Assembly (NCBI GenBank): GCA_963845755.1
Contig: CAWJTV010000034.1
Span: 1-64,000, forward strand
Direction of reading: 5' to 3'
Source of the DNA: an uncultured Planctomycetota bacterium
GTDB lineage: Bacteria; Planctomycetota; Planctomycetia; Isosphaerales; Isosphaeraceae
Length of the DNA: 64,000 nucleotides
The translations under genes were made by a program, and so were the position numbers. Positions 11,995 to 22,535 of the stretch are shown in pieces (position 1 is the stretch's first letter; each line of letters starts with the position of its first letter). The notes under the pieces are model-generated. The model did not search any database and was not told the DNA's origin. It worked only from the letters and a program-made list of their open reading frames with translations.

Positions 11995-12588
11995 ATGCCC
12001 CTGCCCCCTGATGTCCTCGACCTTATTCGATGCGCCCGATCGGGGGACGAAGCTGCTTGGACCGAACTGGTGCAGTGCATCGCGCCGTTCATTCAGCGCG
12101 TGGCCCGCATCCGGATGCGCCTGCATGGGAAATCGGACGAGATTCGACACGATCTCGGCTCGTCGGACGTCTGCCAATCCGTCTTCCGAAGCCTGTTCCA
12201 GGGATTGAGGGAGAACCGTTACCGGTTCGATCAGCCCCAGGACCTGGAAAAGCTCCTTTATGTGATGGTTCGCTTCAACGTCGCGACGAAAGCCAGCCGA
12301 TCCAGCGTGAGACTCCGCGAGTTGATCGAAGATTTCGAGCAGGCGGGATGGATTCACCCCGGCCCGGCCCCTGAGAACGAAGTCGCCGACCAGGACCTGG
12401 TCGAGGCGATCCAGGAACAATTCTCGGAGGAGGAGCTGGAGATCCTCACGATGTGGCTCGATGACGTGCCCTGGACGGAGATCGGGCAGAAACTCGGCCT
12501 CGCCGGAGATGCGGCGCGGATGCGGCTGAACCGGGCCGTCGCGCGAGTCAGGGATCACATGCGTGCGGACAACCGCAACAGAGAGTGA
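11995..12588 (+). CDS. ECF-type RNA polymerase sigma factor (planctomycete, kinase-associated type)
   Basis: ARSGDEAAWTELV, SDVCQSVFRS, C-terminal HTH WTEIGQKLGLAGDAARMRLNRA. Confidence 0.85.
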   Translation: MPLPPDVLDLIRCARSGDEAAWTELVQCIAPFIQRVARIRMRLHGKSDEIRHDLGSSDVCQSVFRSLFQGLRENRYRFDQPQDLEKLLYVMVRFNVATKASRSSVRLRELIEDFEQAGWIHPGPAPENEVADQDLVEAIQEQFSEEELEILTMWLDDVPWTEIGQKLGLAGDAARMRLNRAVARVRDHMRADNRNRE

Positions 12589-12613
12589 CGGAACCCGAGG
12601 TGAAGGGTCCTGT

Positions 12614-12737
12614 GGGAGGGCGAGCCTCCGTGCGAGCCGGCATAGGGCTGAAGGATTCGGGCGGGAGGGCGAGTCTCCGTCCGACCTGACTGTAACCGGT
12701 GAGGGATGAAGCGGCTCGGCAGGAGCCTCGCACTCCC
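12614..12737. repeat. REP cluster upstream of RAYT (3 copies)
   Basis: GGGAGGGCGAGnCTCCGTnCGAnC at 12614 and 12663, inverted copy at 12712-12737. Confidence 0.85.
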
Positions 12738-12808
12738 GTCCGCGGTCGAAGTCGAAGAATGAAACAATCCTGGTCCGAGCGACCGGTCACTTGACTAGGA
12801 GATCGGCC

Positions 12809-13262
12809 ATGCGTTCGCGAAGGAAGCCAGCTCACGGTGTGCGGATCGACTCGACTCATCCCACCATTGTTTTCGTGACGGTATGTACGAAGAGCCGTCG
12901 CCCCTGGCTGGCGTCGTCGGAAAATCATGTTGCTTTGTGCGGCGTCTGGGAGGAAGCCAGAGCCTGGGTCGTCGGACGCTACGTCCTGATGCCGGATCAT
13001 GTCCACCTCTTTGCCGCACCCGGTCGAACTGGAGATCTCCCTGGATAACTGGGTCCGCTACTGGAAATCCCGTTTCACGTCGAAGCGCTGTGTCCCGTCC
13101 CAAGAATGGCAAGTGGATCATTGGGATCGACGATTGCGGTCCGACGAGAGCTACGAAGAGAAGTGGTTGTATGTCCGTAATAATCCCGTACGTGCCGGCC
13201 TGGTGAACCACGCCGACGAATGGCCATATCAGGGCGAGCTGAATGTCTTATCGTGGTCGTGA
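12809..13262 (+). mobile_element. REP-associated tyrosine transposase (RAYT, IS200-like Y1), one frameshift near 13025
   Basis: AGGAG RBS. Motifs VFVTVCT, YVLMPDHVHLF (HUH), WQxxxWDRRLR, YVRNNPVRAGLV, EWPY. Flanked by REPs on both sides. Confidence 0.9.
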
Positions 13263-13291
13263 ACCGAGATACGTCAGTAGGCGAGCCATGT

Positions 13292-13535
13292 CGGCTCGGA
13301 CGGAGCCTCGCCCTACCGGTACCCGCCGGTGGTGGGGCATGCTTAGACTTCTCTCGCATCGGGATGATCCCTCTTGGGAGGGCGAGGCTCTGTCCGAGCT
13401 CCCGAGAACGATTGATTCGACCTTGTGCATGGCACCAAGCCGCAAATGGGAGGGCGAGCCTCCGTCCGAGTCTCCGAAAACGAGGATCGCTTCCGGCCCT
13501 GCCCCTCGCCGGCTCGCACGGAGGCTCGCCCTCCC
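13292..13535. repeat. REP cluster downstream of RAYT (4 copies)
   Basis: Copies at 13292-13317 (-, begins GGTAGGGCGAG), 13376-13399 (+), 13448-13470 (+), 13510-13535 (-). Confidence 0.85.
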
Positions 13536-13604
13536 GACCAAAACGTCGTCTCTTATCCCGCACGGAGGATGAATGATCGCAGTCGTCCTGATGGGAGAAA
13601 CTTC

Positions 13605-16331
13605 ATGATCGCGGCAGACGGCGCATCCCGAGACCCGGAAATCCAACGCCTGCTCGACCGTGCCCTCGACGATCAGCAATCAGGCTGGAGCCGCGGCGAA
13701 CGCATCCCCGTCGAAGACTATCTCGCTCGGTCTCCCGTCCTCCGCGACGATGCCCAGGCGATCCTCGACCTGATCTACCAGGAGTACGTCCTCCGACAGA
13801 AAATTGGCGAAGCTCTCGATCCCCACGAGTTTTGCGCACGATTTCCCGACCTCGCCCAGTTGATCCTGGTCCAGCTCGGTATCGATGCGGCCATCGCGCC
13901 GACGACACACGTTCTGGCCGAACGCAACAAGAATGCCGACGAGCCACTCGAAACCATCACCGGCTATCAGGTCATCGCTCTCCTCGGCCGTGGCGGGATG
14001 GGCGTCGTCTACAAGGCCTGCGACCAGAAACTTGGCCGCATCGTGGCAATCAAGACGCTGGCCGCCGGCCAGCACGCCACGTCGGATCAGCTCGACCGAT
14101 TCCAGGCCGAGGCCCACGCCGTCGCCCGGCTGCGACACCCGAACATCATCGCCATCCATACGTTCGGCGAGCACGAGAATCGCCCCTTTCTCTCGCTCGA
14201 ATTCGCCGAAGGCGGCAGCCTCGCCCAGCGGCTGGTCGAAAAACCCATGGCCCCGCGCGAGGCTGCCGCGCTGGTCGAAACCCTCGCCCGCGCCGTTCAC
14301 GCCGCCCACCAGGCCGGGGTCGTCCACCGCGACCTCAAGCCCGGCAACGTTCTCCTGACCGCCGACGGAGTGCCCAAGGTCAGCGACTTCGGTCTGGCCA
14401 AGCTCCTGGACTCCGACTCGGGGTGTACGGTTACCGGCCAGACAATAGGCACGCCGAGCTACATGGCGCCGGAGCAGGCCGAGGGCCATTCGAAGCAGGT
14501 CGGACCGGCCGCCGACACCTATGCATTGGGAGCGATCCTCTACCAGGCGTTGACGGGCAAGCCGCCGTTCGTAGGTGAGTCGGCGATGGAGACCCTCAAG
14601 CTCGTCACCTCCACCGAAGCCGTATCCCCGCGACGGCTCCGGCCCGACGTCCCGCGCGACCTGGAGACGATCTGCCTGAAATGCCTCGAGAAATCGCCTG
14701 GCAAGCGGTACCCCTCGGCCCTCGCCCTCGCCGATGACCTGGGACGATTCCAGCACGAGTCAGCCGATCCTCGGCGCGGCGAATCGGAGCACTTCATCGG
14801 TCCTGGAAGTGGGCCAGGCGCCATCCTTGGCAAACGACGTCGGCGGCACTCGTGCTCGTTGCCGCATCGGCTTTCATCGGCCAGACCTATCGGCACAACA
14901 TTCAGCTCCGCGCCGAGGTAGAGCGGACGGAGGCGAAGGCCGCCGAGTCCCGCGGCAACTATCAGGAGGCTCGCTCGGCCATTCGGGCGATGCTCGCTCG
15001 GCTCAGCGACCGCCGGCTCGCTGGTGTCCCGCGCCTGCTCGAGTCTGCGCCGTGAGCAGCGGGAGGACGCCCTGGCCTTCTACGATCGAATCCTCCGCCA
15101 GATTGACTCGAATGATGCAGTCGTCCGCCTCGACACCGCCCGCGCTCTCAGCGAAGCGTCGGTGCTTCAGCACCAGCTCGGCCACACCGACGAGGCCGAG
15201 AAATCCGTCCGCCGAGCTCTTACTCTTATGGCGGGCCTGCGTTCTGAGCGACGCGACGACCTCGAATCCCTGGTGTGCCAGGTCGAATGTCTCCTCCGGC
15301 TTGGCACTTACTTGAGCACCTTGAAAACACGCGATCAGTCGATCTCGGTCGGTCGAGAGTCGGTGGAACTGGCAGAACGCGTCGCACAGGCTGCGCCCGA
15401 CGATTTGGCCCATCAGGAGCTATTGGCCATTTGCCATCAAGACTTGGGCAATGCCCTTTTCCGCATGGAGCAGAGACAAGAGGCCAAGGTTCACTACCGA
15501 AAAGCTATCGAGATTCGCGAGCGCATCGATCCATCAAAACTGCCTGGCGTAACTCAGCGGCTCGCCCAGACTCTGATGAACGAGGGAGTCGTCCTCTGGG
15601 GGGAGAAGTCGCATTCGCCGGCTGAGGAGCGTTTTCACCAAGCTGAGAAGAAGTTGCTTTCCCTCCCCCCTGACCAGCTCGACCCAGATGGGAATACTGA
15701 TGTCGCATTGGGCCTCTTGTACATGAACTGGGGCGGCATGCTATTTATGTTGGGACGATTCGACGAAGCGATCGCTCGGGCGGACGCGGGGATAAAAAGG
15801 GTAGAGGCATGTCTTCAGACTGAGCCGAATGATGCGTCTGTTCGTAGAACCTGCCTTGAACTGCACGGTAATCGAGGTTACGCACTCCTGGGGCTGGGGA
15901 GGCATCAGGAATCCGCCAAAGAATGGACTCGCGTCGTGGAGTTATCGGACCCGCCGGTTCCAGCCGAGTATCGCATTCGACTCGCCATCGAGCTGGTCTC
16001 GGCCGGCGAGGTTGGTCAGGCTTTGGCCCAGGCCCAGGTCGTACAACCGGCTCCGGGAATCTCCGGAGTAGACTGCTACAATCTTGGCTGCCTCTTTTCC
16101 CTTTGCGCACGCGCAGTGCGAAAAGACACGGGCCGCTCGCCGGATCAGCGGGCGAATCTCGCCGAATCGCACATCGCGGAGGCGATCCGCTGGCTGAAAG
16201 CCGCTGGCGAGGCAGGCTTCTTCCGCGACCCCGCCAACCGCGAACTCGCCAAGAAGGACTCCGACCTCGAGATCCTCCGCGACCGCCCGGAATTCCGCCA
16301 ACTCGTCGAACCCAGCACGGCGAAGCCATGA
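13605..16331 (+). CDS. Ser/Thr protein kinase with TM segment and TPR-like C-terminus (frameshifts ~14760 and ~15045)
   Basis: LGRGGMGVVY, VAIK, HRDLKPGN, DFGLAK, GTPSYMAPEQ, DLETICLKCLEK. N-terminal DLIYQEY region. Alternative start at 13569. Confidence 0.92.
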
Positions 16332-16408
16332 ATCCCAATCCCTCGCTCACAACTCCGACGTTGGGTACTCTCCATGCTCCACTCCCTGCGGGACCACGTG
16401 GAGGTCGG

Positions 16409-16732
16409 CTAATCAAGGCCTGGTTCAAACCCGGGTAACACTTGGCGGCGCAAAGGCCGCGGGTCTCTCGTCGTAAAAGCTTGCTCTGAAATGGCTTATA
16501 GCGGGCAAATCTGGCCGCACTTCGCAAAAAGTGTTACGCTGAAGCGGAGCGATCTGAACGAGGCCCTAAACAAGGCTCGGTTCAGACCCGAGTAACACTT
16601 TGCGGCGCAAAGCCTGAGGCCAGCTTGGCGGGAAAGTCTTGCTCGACCACAGTTTACGGCCGGAACAACGCCGCCGTGCATCGCGAAAAGTGTTACCCTG
16701 GCTCCGAGCGACTTGAACCAGGCCCTAAACAA
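16409..16732. repeat. Two tandem ~150-bp MITE-like palindromic units bounded by CTAA(A/T)CAA
   Basis: Units 16417-16565 and 16574-16724 have terminal ggc..ggttca / tgaac..ggcc and internal gtaacactt / aagtgttac inverted motifs. 8-mer at 16409, 16566, 16725. Confidence 0.75.
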
Positions 16733-17112
16733 CAGCCCAAATTTTTTTTTGGATTTTCGTATCTATCGTTCAGGTCGAGAGTTCGGGAGGCTCGCGGCCC
16801 AAGAAATGCGATAGGTGCATTAACCTTTTTTGAAAGTTGAGGCATCCTAATTATAGGACCATGTGACCGATCGCTCCCAACCCAGGCCGATCGACGCGAC
16901 GAACAGATCTATGACGCTGATGATCAGGGTGCTCCCGCCGATTCACCGTCTCGCCCAAACTCATTTCCGCCCAGCGAGATCGGCGATGGCCAACCTCCGA
17001 AAAGCTGGCAAAGAGTGCCAACCTACGCCGCGATCATCGCCGGCGAGATGTCTCCGTGAGAACCGGTCGAATCCTCAATGAGGGAATGCGTGAATTCTTT
17101 GCGAACTATTCG

Positions 17113-17141
17113 TTGACTCGATGCTAGCCGTGATATACTAT
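17113..17141 (+). promoter_or_regulatory. Putative sigma70 promoter for the S55 operon
   Basis: TTGACT-17 bp-TACTAT in an AT-rich intergenic region. Confidence 0.45.
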
Positions 17142-17345
17142 TAGTTGAGGTGATCCAGGATGGAACTGATCTTCCGGCGTGGATCGATTCGGATCGGCGT
17201 GGCATCCCTCGACGTGGGAGGGTGTCGGTTTCGCCGAAATCCATTGCCCGTCGGATGGAACGGCCTCCCCCGCTCTCGCCCATCCTTGTTCGCTTCCTGG
17301 GCCAATCTCGCGTCTCGTCTATCCCGTTCCCGGGGGAATTGCTCG

Positions 17346-19253
17346 ATGCGACCTTCATCGGATCGTCCAAGAAGACTGTTCGCCATGTCGCTGGCCGCCA
17401 TGGTGGTGTTAGGGCTGGTCACGTGCTCGCGGGCCGGAGAACCGGATCCCAAGTCGTACTGGGACGTGAAGGACATCCGCCCCGGGATGAAGGGAGTGGG
17501 CCGGACCGTGATGGTCGGTACCAAACTGGAGGAGTTCCACGCCGAAGTGCTCGGGGTCATGAAGGACGTCAACCCGGGCCGCGACATGGTGCTCTGCAAG
17601 CTGAGCGGTTGTAACCTCGAGCACGCCGGGATCATCCAGGGGATGAGCGGGAGCCCCATCTATATCGACGGGAAACTGCTGGGTGCGGTGGCGTTCGCGT
17701 GGGAGTTCGCCAAGGATCCGATCGCCGGGGTGACACCGTTCTCGCAGATGATTCAGTACGTGCGGTCCAACGATCGGCGGATCGCGGCGGAGTCTCGGGG
17801 TCATGCGGCCGGAGGGCAGTTCCACGCGGCCCGGATGCCCGTGTCACCCTGGATCGACGGCCTGTCGGGAGAGGAGCCCGGGCTGGGTGGCTCGTCCCTG
17901 CCGATCCCGGTCTCGGGCGGGGCGATGGCCGGCATGGTGCCGATCGTGACACCGCTGTCGGCTTCGGGATTCACCCCACGCGCACTGAGCTTGCTCAACG
18001 ATCGCCTGCGGCCCATCGGCATGTCGCCCATGGCCGGCGGGGCGGCGCCGGAGCGGATCGTCCACGAGGAAGGCAACCGGCCTCTGGAACCGGGCTCGCC
18101 CTTGAGCATCGGGCTGGTCCTCGGCGATTTCGACCTCTCGGGGATCGGCACCGTCACCCATGTGGAAGGCGATCGCGTCTACGGGTTCGGCCATCCCATG
18201 TTCAGCCTGGGGGCCTGCGAGCTGCCCATGATGACCGGGTACATTCACACGGTCTATCCGCGGGCGAGCGTTAGTATGAAGATGGGTTCGCCGCTGAAGG
18301 TGGTCGGGGCGATTGATACCGACGTTAGCACGAGCGTCGCCGGGCGGGTCGGTGCCAAGCCCGACCTCTTGCCGATGAGCGTCCGCGTCAAGACCGGCCA
18401 GTACGCCGACTCCCACACCTACCACGTCCGCATCGTGCGCGAGCCGATGCTGCTCCCCACGCTGATCATGTCCGTACTGACCAACGCCGTGGACACCGAG
18501 GGGAACCTGCCCGAAGAGTTGACGGCCAAGTTCACCGCCTCGATCCGCCTCAAGGACCAGGAGACGATCACGCTCTCGGACACCTTCAGCGGACCGCGGT
18601 ACACCGGCCCGATGGGCGCCTCCGCACTCTTCAGCCCGCTGGCGTCGATCGTGAATATCCTGGTCCGCAACTCGATGGGGCCGGTTCGCATCGATAACAT
18701 CGACTGCGACGTTCAGATCGAACCGGGGCGCAAGGCCGCGTCGATCGAGTCGGTGCGTCTCCTCTCGGACACGATCGAGCCGGGACACGACCTCAAGGCC
18801 TACGTCACCTTGAAGCCGCACAAAGGGGAGCGCGAGACGATCGAGGTCTCGCTGACGATCCCGGGCGATTTCCCGGAAGGCCCGCACGAGGCGGTCTTCT
18901 GCGACGCCGCCAGCAGCGTGCGCCGGCTCTTCCGCAATGACCCGGCCTTGCTGGAGCCGCGGGATCTGACGGGGATCCTCCGCAGCCTCCACGCCCAGAC
19001 CGGGCCGAAGCGGACGGCGGTCTATCTTCAGGTTCCCTCGCCCGAACGCGGCGTATCGATCCAGGGACAAGCCCTGCCGAATTTGCCGTCCAGCGTCCGC
19101 GCGGTCTTCGCTTCCAAGCGGGAGGTCCCGGTCGCTCCCATCCGGTCCGATATCATCAAGGTCGCGCCGACGTCATGGGTCATCGAAGGATCCCACACGT
19201 TACGCTTTACAGTGGCCAAGGATGCGGGTTTGTCGGTATCGTTGGAGCGATGA
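17346..19253 (+). CDS. SpoIVB peptidase S55 domain protein, secreted
   Basis: Signal peptide, IRPGMKGVGRTV, GIIQGMSGSPIYIDGKLLGAV, GTVT..YGFGHP. Confidence 0.9.
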   Translation: MRPSSDRPRRLFAMSLAAMVVLGLVTCSRAGEPDPKSYWDVKDIRPGMKGVGRTVMVGTKLEEFHAEVLGVMKDVNPGRDMVLCKLSGCNLEHAGIIQGMSGSPIYIDGKLLGAVAFAWEFAKDPIAGVTPFSQMIQYVRSNDRRIAAESRGHAAGGQFHAARMPVSPWIDGLSGEEPGLGGSSLPIPVSGGAMAGMVPIVTPLSASGFTPRALSLLNDRLRPIGMSPMAGGAAPERIVHEEGNRPLEPGSPLSIGLVLGDFDLSGIGTVTHVEGDRVYGFGHPMFSLGACELPMMTGYIHTVYPRASVSMKMGSPLKVVGAIDTDVSTSVAGRVGAKPDLLPMSVRVKTGQYADSHTYHVRIVREPMLLPTLIMSVLTNAVDTEGNLPEELTAKFTASIRLKDQETITLSDTFSGPRYTGPMGASALFSPLASIVNILVRNSMGPVRIDNIDCDVQIEPGRKAASIESVRLLSDTIEPGHDLKAYVTLKPHKGERETIEVSLTIPGDFPEGPHEAVFCDAASSVRRLFRNDPALLEPRDLTGILRSLHAQTGPKRTAVYLQVPSPERGVSIQGQALPNLPSSVRAVFASKREVPVAPIRSDIIKVAPTSWVIEGSHTLRFTVAKDAGLSVSLER

Positions 19254-19335
19254 GCGGATCGGACCGGCACACCCATCCGCTCGCCATTGCCGCGGATGGG
19301 TGGCCGGGCCAGTCACGTGGACAACGAGGATCGAC

Positions 19336-21558
19336 ATGCACCATCGAGGGTTCGTCTCGCGGGTCCGGCCGCCCTGGGCCGTCGCGCTCCACGCCGTTGC
19401 GTTGGGCTTGTGCCTGGCCGCGATCGTCTCGCTGTTCAGTCCCCTCTGGGCCAAGGTGGAGAGCTGGCGACAGGAGGGTCCGTCCGCCTTCGCCAAGTGC
19501 CACCGGGAGAGTGTGGTCGTCTCCGACACCGGTCGAGTTCGCCTTGGACACGCACTCGAGCGAGTCGGGGCGCTGAACGCCGGACGCGTGTGGGACCTGG
19601 CGCGGACCCGCGACGGCGCCGTGTTGGCGGCCACCGGCGACTCGGGACAGGTCTTTCGCCGTGAGCCCAAGGCCGATGCGGCTTGGACCGTGCTTTACGA
19701 CTCGACCGATTCGCAGGTCCTCTCGCTGGTCGAATGCCCGGACGGTTCCCTGTTCGCGGGCACGGGTCCCGGAGGCCAGCTCGTAGACCTCCGCGATCCG
19801 AAGCACCCGGCCTCTCGCCCCGACCCGAAGGTCCAGTACATCTGGGACCTGGCCGCCAGTCCCCAGGGCGACGTCTATGCCGCCACCGGCCCCAACGGTC
19901 AGTTGTGGAAGCGGTCGCGAGAAGGCCGCTGGTCGCTGGTCTATGACAGCAAGTCAACTCATCTGCTCTGCGTGGCACTCGGGCCGGATGGCTCGGTCTA
20001 CGCCGGGAGCGATGGTGAGGGTCTGATCTATCGCGTGGGCCCCGATGGCAAGGCCACGATCCTCTTCGACGCCCCTCAAGCGGAGGTCCGAACCCTGCTG
20101 GTGACGGCCGACGGCACGCTTTACGCCGGGACGGCCGCGGAGGCCGGCGGACCGAGCGGGACGCGGAATTCCCTGTTCCTGACACGCACAGGCCCCTCGG
20201 GCCTCCTCGACGGACCGGCGGCTGAGCGGGCCGACTTCACTTCTGCTGCCGACGAGTCGGCCACCATCCGCACGGTGCAAACGCGCCCCTCCGCGTCCCA
20301 GACCCGGCCACAGATCCCGCGATCTCCGCAGGGCGGATCGGCAACGCCCCGGCCGGTTTCCCCGGGCGAGAACGCGGTGTACCGGCTCGACTCCGATGGC
20401 GTACCCCGTGAACTCTTGAGGGTCAAGGCGCTGATTCATGCCCTGGCCTGGAGCGCCGATCACCTCTGGGTCGGGACGGGGCCGGAGGGTCAACTTTACG
20501 AGGTTCGCGATGAGGGTGAGGAGACGGCACCGGCCGCCAAGCTCGATAACGGGCAGATCCTGTCGCTCCTCCCCGAAGCCGGCGGCGGCCTCCTCATCGG
20601 AACGGGGGATCCGGGATCCGTGCTCCGGCTCTCCTCGCAGTTCGCACCCGAGGGACACCTGGTCTCCGAGGTCCATGACACCCAGCTCGTCAGCCGGTTC
20701 GGCGCGCTGGGCTGGCGGGCGATTCAGCCGCCCGGAACGTCGGTGTCGATCCAGTCGCGCACGGGGAATGTCGGCGAGCCCGATGAGACCTGGTCGCCAT
20801 GGTCGCCCGGTCAGGCCGACCCGGCTTCGGCCAGGGTCGCTTCTCCGCCCGGCCGTTTCGTCCAGTATCGGGTCACGATGGGAACGACCGACCCTCACCG
20901 GACGCCCGAGCTCCGCTCGGTCTCCCTCAGTTATCGCACGTCCAATCTCGCCCCCGAGATCCGCCGGCTCGACGTTCCGGATGTCAGCGCCTCGGATGGC
21001 GCGGCCAAACAGACACGACTCAACTTGCGATGGGATGCGACGGATCCCAACGACGACGACCTGAGCTTCACGATCTCCGGGCGCAAGGACGGCTGGCCCG
21101 GCTGGATCCGACTGAACGAAGACCCCATCACCGAGAAGACGTTTTCGTGGGACACTACCGCGTTCCCCTCGGGCTCATACCGAATCAAGCTGGTCGCCAG
21201 CGATCGCCCGTCGAACAGCCCCGACGAGGCGCTGACACGCGAACGGGAGAGCCTCACCTTCATCGTGGATCACGACTCGCCCCGCGTCCGCCTCGAACCT
21301 CATGGCCGCGGCGCCTCGATCGTGCTCGCCGATGATTTGACGCGTCTCGTCAAGGCCGAATACGCCGTGGACGGCGGACGCTGGACGCCGATCTTCCCGG
21401 TCAACGCCCTGTTCGACTCGCTCCAGGAACAGATCAAGCTCTCGCTGCCCGACCTCACAACGGGTACTCACATCCTCATGGTCAAGGCGACTGACTCGGC
21501 CGGTAACATCGGCACGGGGGATGCTCTGCTCGAGGTCCAGGACCGTTCGGGGAAGTAG
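19336..21558 (+). CDS. Secreted beta-propeller repeat protein with C-terminal Ig/Fn3-like domains
   Basis: Signal peptide. Repeats VWDLA..ATGDSGQVF, YIWDLA..ATGPNGQLW, VYAGSDGEGLIY. C-terminal ATDPNDDDL and KATDSAGN. Confidence 0.75.
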   Translation: MHHRGFVSRVRPPWAVALHAVALGLCLAAIVSLFSPLWAKVESWRQEGPSAFAKCHRESVVVSDTGRVRLGHALERVGALNAGRVWDLARTRDGAVLAATGDSGQVFRREPKADAAWTVLYDSTDSQVLSLVECPDGSLFAGTGPGGQLVDLRDPKHPASRPDPKVQYIWDLAASPQGDVYAATGPNGQLWKRSREGRWSLVYDSKSTHLLCVALGPDGSVYAGSDGEGLIYRVGPDGKATILFDAPQAEVRTLLVTADGTLYAGTAAEAGGPSGTRNSLFLTRTGPSGLLDGPAAERADFTSAADESATIRTVQTRPSASQTRPQIPRSPQGGSATPRPVSPGENAVYRLDSDGVPRELLRVKALIHALAWSADHLWVGTGPEGQLYEVRDEGEETAPAAKLDNGQILSLLPEAGGGLLIGTGDPGSVLRLSSQFAPEGHLVSEVHDTQLVSRFGALGWRAIQPPGTSVSIQSRTGNVGEPDETWSPWSPGQADPASARVASPPGRFVQYRVTMGTTDPHRTPELRSVSLSYRTSNLAPEIRRLDVPDVSASDGAAKQTRLNLRWDATDPNDDDLSFTISGRKDGWPGWIRLNEDPITEKTFSWDTTAFPSGSYRIKLVASDRPSNSPDEALTRERESLTFIVDHDSPRVRLEPHGRGASIVLADDLTRLVKAEYAVDGGRWTPIFPVNALFDSLQEQIKLSLPDLTTGTHILMVKATDSAGNIGTGDALLEVQDRSGK

Positions 21559-21559
21559 C

Positions 21560-22519
21560 ATGATGGTGAATCGACGAAGCCGGCTGGGACGTCGCCGCGG
21601 GCTCAGCCTCGCCGATGTGGTCGTGCTGGTGGTCGTGCTGGGTGCGTTTGTGCTGCTGCTCCTGATGGGGGTCTCCCGGGGGCGGGAACAGGCTCGCCTG
21701 GTCGGATGCCGCAAGAACCTGGCCCAGATTGGGTTCGCCCTGGCACTCTACGACCAGATGCATGGTCATCTCCCCGAGATCGGACCGCTCGGCGCTCCGG
21801 ATGATGCGGCCGATCGCCAATCTCCCGGACCGCTCAAGATCCTGCTCGAGACGCTGCAACTTCCCGACCTGACCGTGCTCCGAGACCGGGCCACCCGGCC
21901 GGACCCTCAGCCTGGGCAGGTTCCCGGCGAGATGCCTGTTCCTGGGTTCATCTGCTCGAGCGACCCGAACGCCCTGGCCGGGCGGTTCCGCGCCCCGATC
22001 AGTTATCGTGCGGCCACCGGTGACAACCTCCTGGGAGACAACGGCGCATTCTCCGTGGGATCCGGGCTCAGTCTCGCCGCGATCGAGGCCCGCGATGGGC
22101 TGAGCTACACGTCGGCGTTCTCGGAGCGGCTGGTTGGCGACGATCAGCCAGGCCACGCCGCGCCGATCAATTACGCGGTCCTTCCCTCACCCCTGCCGTC
22201 GGGAGGATGCCCGCGGATCTCCGATCCGGCCGCGTGGCACGGTGATGCCGGCTCCTCCTGGATCGCCGCCGGCTATCGATCGACCCTCTACAACCACGCC
22301 TTGCCGCCGAATGGTCAACCGTCCTGCATGGCGGCCGACGGCCGATCCGCATACATGGGCGCCTCGAGCGGGCATGTTGCCGGTGTCAACCTCCTCCTTC
22401 TCGATGGGGCCGTCTCCACGATCAAACCCTCCATCAATCACAAGGTATGGCGTGATTATGCGTCGCAAATGCAAATAGATCCAGCACCCGCACCGCTGCT
22501 CCTGGCCCCTCGACGCTGA
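21560..22519 (+). CDS. DUF1559 family prepilin-type protein
   Basis: RRRG-LSLADVVVLVVV, REQARLVGCRKNLAQIGFA, RDGLSYT..SE, SSGHVAGVNLLLLDGAV (H-X9-DG). Confidence 0.85.
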   Translation: MMVNRRSRLGRRRGLSLADVVVLVVVLGAFVLLLLMGVSRGREQARLVGCRKNLAQIGFALALYDQMHGHLPEIGPLGAPDDAADRQSPGPLKILLETLQLPDLTVLRDRATRPDPQPGQVPGEMPVPGFICSSDPNALAGRFRAPISYRAATGDNLLGDNGAFSVGSGLSLAAIEARDGLSYTSAFSERLVGDDQPGHAAPINYAVLPSPLPSGGCPRISDPAAWHGDAGSSWIAAGYRSTLYNHALPPNGQPSCMAADGRSAYMGASSGHVAGVNLLLLDGAVSTIKPSINHKVWRDYASQMQIDPAPAPLLLAPRR

Positions 22520-22535
22520 ATGGAAGACCAACCTG

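Noticed and set aside
12614..13535. 26-bp repeats as CRISPR repeats
   Set aside because: Mixed orientation, irregular spacing and position around a RAYT identify them as REPs.
16419..16435. tRNA T-arm-like hairpin (GGTTCAAACC)
   Set aside because: No acceptor, D or anticodon arms can be built around it; it is part of a repeat unit.
16417..16724. Integron attC sites (AAC...GTT inverted cores)
   Set aside because: Cores do not fit RYYYAAC/GTTRRRY, no ORFs lie between units, and there is no integrase.
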